A stretch of 64,000 nucleotides of DNA from a bacterium (GTDB lineage Bacteria; Desulfobacterota; DSWW01), in NCBI GenBank assembly GCA_040756235.1, contig JBFLZG010000114.1:32001-96000 (forward strand), written 5' to 3'. Position 1 is the stretch's first letter. The number at the start of each line of letters is the position of its first letter. This document shows positions 59,845 to 64,000 of the stretch, one piece after another. A program made the position numbers and the translations under genes. The notes beneath the pieces are model-generated. The model saw nothing but the letters and a program-made list of their open reading frames with translations. It searched no databases and was not told the origin of the DNA.

Positions 59845-61404
59845 ATGATGAGCAATCGATGGAGAAAGTGGGTCGGCGCCTTTTTGATCCTGATCGTCGG
59901 GCTGCTTGCAGGGCTCATCCTGTCGGCGCAGCTCGACGGAACGCAAAAGCTGGAAGCACTCTTGGGCATCGGAGAAGAGGAGAAGCCGGCCGTCAAGCCG
60001 CCGAACGCACAGGTCCCGCAAGCCGGGCCGGAGGCCGCCCAGACTGACGGCGAAACGGTCTGCCTGCCCGATTTCGGCAAACTGGCCGAGAAGATCGACC
60101 CGGCCGTCGTCAACATCAGCACCACGGAGACGGTCAAGGGCCGCACCCTGGGGCGCGGTTTCGGCGGGCGCGAGGGGCCGCCCAGGGGTTTCGGGCCGGA
60201 GCAGCCCCAGGATCCCTTCGAGGAGTTCTTCGAGCGGTTCTTCGGCGGGATCAATCCCTACGGCGACATGAAGCGCCAGAGTCTGGGAAGCGGGTTCATC
60301 ATCGAAAGCGGCGGCTATATCCTGACCAACCACCACGTGGTGAAGGACGCCGACTCCATCACGGTCATCTTCCGGGACGAGACCGAGACGCAGGCCAAGG
60401 TGGTCGGCAAGGACCCCAAGACCGATATCGCCCTGATCAAGGTGGATGTGGACCGGGCTCTTCCCGTCGCCAAGCTGGGGAACTCGGACACCTTGAAGGA
60501 GGGAGACTGGGTGCTGGCGATCGGCAACCCCTTCGGCCTCAAGTACACCCTGACGGCCGGCATCGTCAGCGCCAAAGGGAGGGAAATCGGTGCCGGCCCT
60601 TATGACGACTTCATTCAGACCGATGCCTCCATCAACCCGGGCAACAGCGGAGGCCCTCTCATGAACCTCAAAGGGGAGGTCGTGGGGATCAATACGGCGA
60701 TCGTGGCCGGGGGCGCCGGAATCGGCTTTGCCATCCCGATCAACGTTGCTCAGGACATCCTTCCCCAGTTGCGGGAAAAAGGCCGCGTATCGCGAGGGTG
60801 GCTGGGTGTTATGATCCAGCGGATCACGCCGGAGCTGGCCAAGTCGTTCGGGCTGGCCAAGCCGGTTGGCGCGCTGGTTTCGGAAGTGACTCAGGGCGGC
60901 CCGGCGGAGGATGCCGGGCTGGAGCGCGGCGACGTGATCATCGAGCTCGAGGGCCAGAAGGTGGAGCGCTTCAACGACCTTCCCAAGATGGTGGCGGCCG
61001 TGCCTCCCGGAACGACCGTCGAGCTCAAGGTCCTGCGCAAAGGGAAAGAGAAGACCGTCCGGACCAAGCTCGGCGAGCTTCCCGAGGAAGGAGAGGCTCC
61101 GGAGCCGGCCCAGGGCGGCGGAGAAAACCTCGGGCTCGAGCTGCAGGAGGTCACTCCCAACATCGCTCGTTCGCTGGGACTGTCGTCGGACAAGGGACTG
61201 GTCGTCACGGGCGTGGATCCGGAGAGCGCAGCGGCACAGTCCGGGATCCGGAGAGGAGACATCATCCTGGAGGTCAATCAGAAAGAAGTGGCGACCCTGG
61301 CCGAATTCCAGAAGCAGGTGCAGGAGACGAAGCCGGGCCAGATGATGCTGTTCCTCGTGAAGCGGCAGGAAGGGTCTTTGTACGTCGCCGTCGAGAAGAA
61401 ATAG
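59845..61404 (+). CDS. DegQ/Do-family serine endoprotease
   Basis: PAVVNIST, SLGSGFII, TNHHVV, TDIALIK, IQTDASINPGNSGGPL, two PDZ domains. Confidence 0.93.
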   Translation: MMSNRWRKWVGAFLILIVGLLAGLILSAQLDGTQKLEALLGIGEEEKPAVKPPNAQVPQAGPEAAQTDGETVCLPDFGKLAEKIDPAVVNISTTETVKGRTLGRGFGGREGPPRGFGPEQPQDPFEEFFERFFGGINPYGDMKRQSLGSGFIIESGGYILTNHHVVKDADSITVIFRDETETQAKVVGKDPKTDIALIKVDVDRALPVAKLGNSDTLKEGDWVLAIGNPFGLKYTLTAGIVSAKGREIGAGPYDDFIQTDASINPGNSGGPLMNLKGEVVGINTAIVAGGAGIGFAIPINVAQDILPQLREKGRVSRGWLGVMIQRITPELAKSFGLAKPVGALVSEVTQGGPAEDAGLERGDVIIELEGQKVERFNDLPKMVAAVPPGTTVELKVLRKGKEKTVRTKLGELPEEGEAPEPAQGGGENLGLELQEVTPNIARSLGLSSDKGLVVTGVDPESAAAQSGIRRGDIILEVNQKEVATLAEFQKQVQETKPGQMMLFLVKRQEGSLYVAVEKK

Positions 61405-61430
61405 TTCTGACGGCGCGAAACACTTCAAAC

Positions 61431-61470
61431 AAAAATCCCTCTGGTCCATTGAGACCAGAGGGATTTTTTT
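61431..61470. terminator. Bidirectional rho-independent terminator
   Basis: AAAAATCCCTCTGGTC-CATTGA-GACCAGAGGGATTTTTTT between convergent genes. Confidence 0.85.
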
Positions 61471-61516
61471 CTTGATGCCCGCGTGCAGCCTCAGACCTGA
61501 CCGGGAGCTGAAGGCC

Positions 61517-62800
61517 TCACACCGTCTCGATCAGCATGGCCATCCCCTGACCCCCGCCGATGCACAGCGAGGCCAATCCCAGCGACAGGCCGTTCCTTCG
61601 AAGCTCGTGGAGCAGGGTCACAAGGATCCTTGCGCCGGTGCAGCCGATCGGGTGCCCCAGGGAGACGCCGCTGCCGTGTACGTTGGTCTTCTCCATGTCC
61701 AGGCCGAGCTCTCGGACGCAGGCGATGGCCTGGGAGGCGAACGCCTCGTTCAGCTCGAAGCGATCCACGCGTGAGAGGGAGACGCCGGTCTTCTTGAGGA
61801 GCTTGCGGACGGCCGGGATCGGGCCGAGGCCCATGAAAGCCGGGTCCAATCCTCCGGAAGCATATCCGAGGATTCGTGCAAGAGGCTTGATACGGAGCTC
61901 GGCGGCCTTGTTGCGGCTCATGAGGACGAGCGCGGCGGCGGCGTCGTTGATGCCGGACGCGTTGCCTGCCGTGACCGTGCCCTCCTTGGTGAATGCGGGA
62001 GGCAGGCGCGACATCTTCTCGAGGGTCGTGTCCATGGGCCTCTCGTCCGTGGCGAACCGGATCGGCTCTTTCTTCTTCTGAAGGATTTCGATCGGCACGA
62101 TCTCCTGAGCGAAGATCCCGTCCTGGATCGCCTTCCTGGCGCGCTGGTGGCTCAGCAGGCCCAGCCGGTCCTGCTCCTCGCGCGTGATCCGGTAGGTCTT
62201 CGCGATGTTTTCCGCCGTCAGGCCCATGTGGTAGCCGTAGAAGATCTCCCAGAGGCCATCGTGCACCATCAGGTCGATCATCTCCTTGTTGAACATCCTG
62301 CCGCCCCAACGGCCGTCGGGAAGGGCGTAGGGGATGCAGCTCATGTTCTCCATGCCTCCGGCGACCACGACGTCGGCCATTCCCGCGCGGATCGACTGGT
62401 CGGCCAGCGCCACCGCCTTCATTCCCGACGCGCAGACCTTGCTCACCGCGAAGGCCGTGGTCTCCACGGGCATGCCCGCCCGCACGCTCGCCTGGCGCGC
62501 CGGGTTCTGCCCCTGGCCGGCGCCGACCACGTTGCCCATGATCACTTCGTCCACCCAGACCGGAGCCAGATCCTCGGCCCAAGGCTCCGCCTTCTTCTCC
62601 GGCGCGCAGGGGCCCAGTCCCTTCAAGGGCTCAGGCCCGAAGGAGCGCTGCTCCGCCGACACCGCAGGCCTCAGGCCTGCGTTTTCCATGGCCTTGCGGA
62701 TGACGCGGGCGCCGAGATCGACGACCGGAACCTCCTTGAGCGTGCCGCCGAAACCGCCGATTGCCGTTCGGATGCCTGCAACGATGACGACCTCTTCCAT
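61517..62800 (-). CDS. Acetyl-CoA C-acyltransferase (thiolase)
   Basis: Start [58 protein letters not shown]. Confidence 0.93.
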   Translation of the reverse strand: MEEVVIVAGIRTAIGGFGGTLKEVPVVDLGARVIRKAMENAGLRPAVSAEQRSFGPEPLKGLGPCAPEKKAEPWAEDLAPVWVDEVIMGNVVGAGQGQNPARQASVRAGMPVETTAFAVSKVCASGMKAVALADQSIRAGMADVVVAGGMENMSCIPYALPDGRWGGRMFNKEMIDLMVHDGLWEIFYGYHMGLTAENIAKTYRITREEQDRLGLLSHQRARKAIQDGIFAQEIVPIEILQKKKEPIRFATDERPMDTTLEKMSRLPPAFTKEGTVTAGNASGINDAAAALVLMSRNKAAELRIKPLARILGYASGGLDPAFMGLGPIPAVRKLLKKTGVSLSRVDRFELNEAFASQAIACVRELGLDMEKTNVHGSGVSLGHPIGCTGARILVTLLHELRRNGLSLGLASLCIGGGQGMAMLIETV

Positions 62801-62888
62801 GATAACCCTCCTCCCTTCTCCCAACCGCTTGTGCTCTCCCGTCCGGGAAGAACCCCGCTGTCCTGTTCCGGTTCGTGCCTGCCCGATG

Positions 62889-64000
62889 TCAACAGCTCTC
62901 GACGATCAGGCTTACAGCTTCTCCTCCGCCCAGGCAGAGGCTCGCCATTCCCCGGCGCGCACCCTCCCGTTTCATGGCATGCAGGAGGGTCACCAACACC
63001 CGGGCGCCGCTGGCTCCGATCGGGTGACCCAACGCAATGGCGCCTCCGTGAATATTCACACGCGCCGGATCGAGGGCCAGCTCGCGCAGGACGGCCACCG
63101 TGGAGGAAGCGAATGCTTCGTTGACCTCGTGGAGATCAATGTCGGAAGCCCGCAGACCGGCCTTCTTCAACACCTTCGGAATCGAAAGGATCGGCGCGAC
63201 CAGCACGTACTTGGGGTCCAGGCCGCTCGACCCTTGCGCTCCGACCCGGGCCATGGGCCGGACGCCGAGACGGTCCGCCACCTCTTCGGCGAGGCATACG
63301 ACGGCCGCGGCGCCGTCGCTGATCTTGGACGAATTGCCCGCCGTCACCATCCCGTCCTTCTTGAACGCGGGGCGAAGCCTGGAGAGCGCCTCGAGCGTGG
63401 TCTCGCGGGCGACTTCATCCTTTTCGAAGACGCCAGGCGGGCCCTTGGCCTGGGGGACCTCGACCGGCACGATCTCGTCGCGGAAGTGTCCGGCGCGGAT
63501 CGACTGAAGGACCTTCTCGTAAGAGCCCAGCGCAAACCGGTCCATCTCCTCCCGGCTCACACCGTACTTTTGCGCACAGAGCTCGGCGCTCACGCCCATG
63601 TGGAAATCGTTGTTGATGTCCCACAGGCCGTCCTGCAGCATGCCGTCGACGAGCTTTCCGTGCCCCATTCGATAGCCGCTCCGCGCGCGGTCCAGGAGGT
63701 AGGGGCAGCGGTTCATGTTCTCCATGCCCCCGGCGATGACCACGTCGGCATCTCCGGTCTGGATCGCTTGGGCGGCCAGCATGACGGCTTTCAGCCCCGA
63801 GCCGCAGACCTTGTTGACGGTGATGCAGCCGACCTCCCAGGGCATGCCCGCCTGGATGGCAGCCTGTCTGGCCGGGTTCTGGCCGAGACCATGGGGCAGG
63901 ACGTTGCCCATGATGACCTCGTCCACCCGCTCTTTCGGAATCCCCGCGCGCCGCAGGGACTCGGTCATGACAATGGCGCCCAGCCGGGTGGCGGACACCG
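62889..64000 (-). CDS. Acetyl-CoA C-acyltransferase (thiolase), 5'-truncated by the window edge
   Basis: [48 protein letters not shown]. Confidence 0.92.
   Translation of the reverse strand, partial: VSATRLGAIVMTESLRRAGIPKERVDEVIMGNVLPHGLGQNPARQAAIQAGMPWEVGCITVNKVCGSGLKAVMLAAQAIQTGDADVVIAGGMENMNRCPYLLDRARSGYRMGHGKLVDGMLQDGLWDINNDFHMGVSAELCAQKYGVSREEMDRFALGSYEKVLQSIRAGHFRDEIVPVEVPQAKGPPGVFEKDEVARETTLEALSRLRPAFKKDGMVTAGNSSKISDGAAAVVCLAEEVADRLGVRPMARVGAQGSSGLDPKYVLVAPILSIPKVLKKAGLRASDIDLHEVNEAFASSTVAVLRELALDPARVNIHGGAIALGHPIGASGARVLVTLLHAMKREGARRGMASLCLGGGEAVSLIVESC

Overview
GC-rich bacterial chromosomal window. Gene content and intergenic repeats suggest an anaerobic deltaproteobacterium (Desulfobacterota-like); this taxonomy is inferred. 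All product calls come from motifs read by eye, with no database searches. From left to right: (i) a three-gene unit of CbbQ/NirQ-type AAA+ ATPase, VWA protein and glycyl-radical activating enzyme, resembling the bssE/F/D accessory genes but with no glycyl-radical enzyme visible; (ii) a TetR-TolC-HlyD-ABC efflux operon interrupted by nested REP/MITE elements; (iii) an S8 protease with FG-GAP repeats, and corA; (iv) a PAS kinase and sigma54 activator pair. These precede a sigma54-promoter operon, the best candidate for an undescribed system. It encodes a four-subunit class I aryl-CoA-reductase-like (BzdNOPQ/Bcr-type) complex, the nickel-handling proteins CooC-like ATPase and HypA, a FadL channel, a GMC flavoprotein, a Cys-rich ferredoxin protein, a CxxC-less thioredoxin and an unannotated 50-aa ORF; (v) a second sigma54 activator, two acyl-CoA ligases, an SphA-type channel and a CoA transferase; (vi) housekeeping genes (ilvE, sixA, DUF488); (vii) a proteostasis cluster (HtrA, dnaJ, Gld-like ABC cassette, dnaK, htpX, DegQ); and (viii) two tandem thiolases. 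No rRNA, tRNA, CRISPR array or transposase was recognised.
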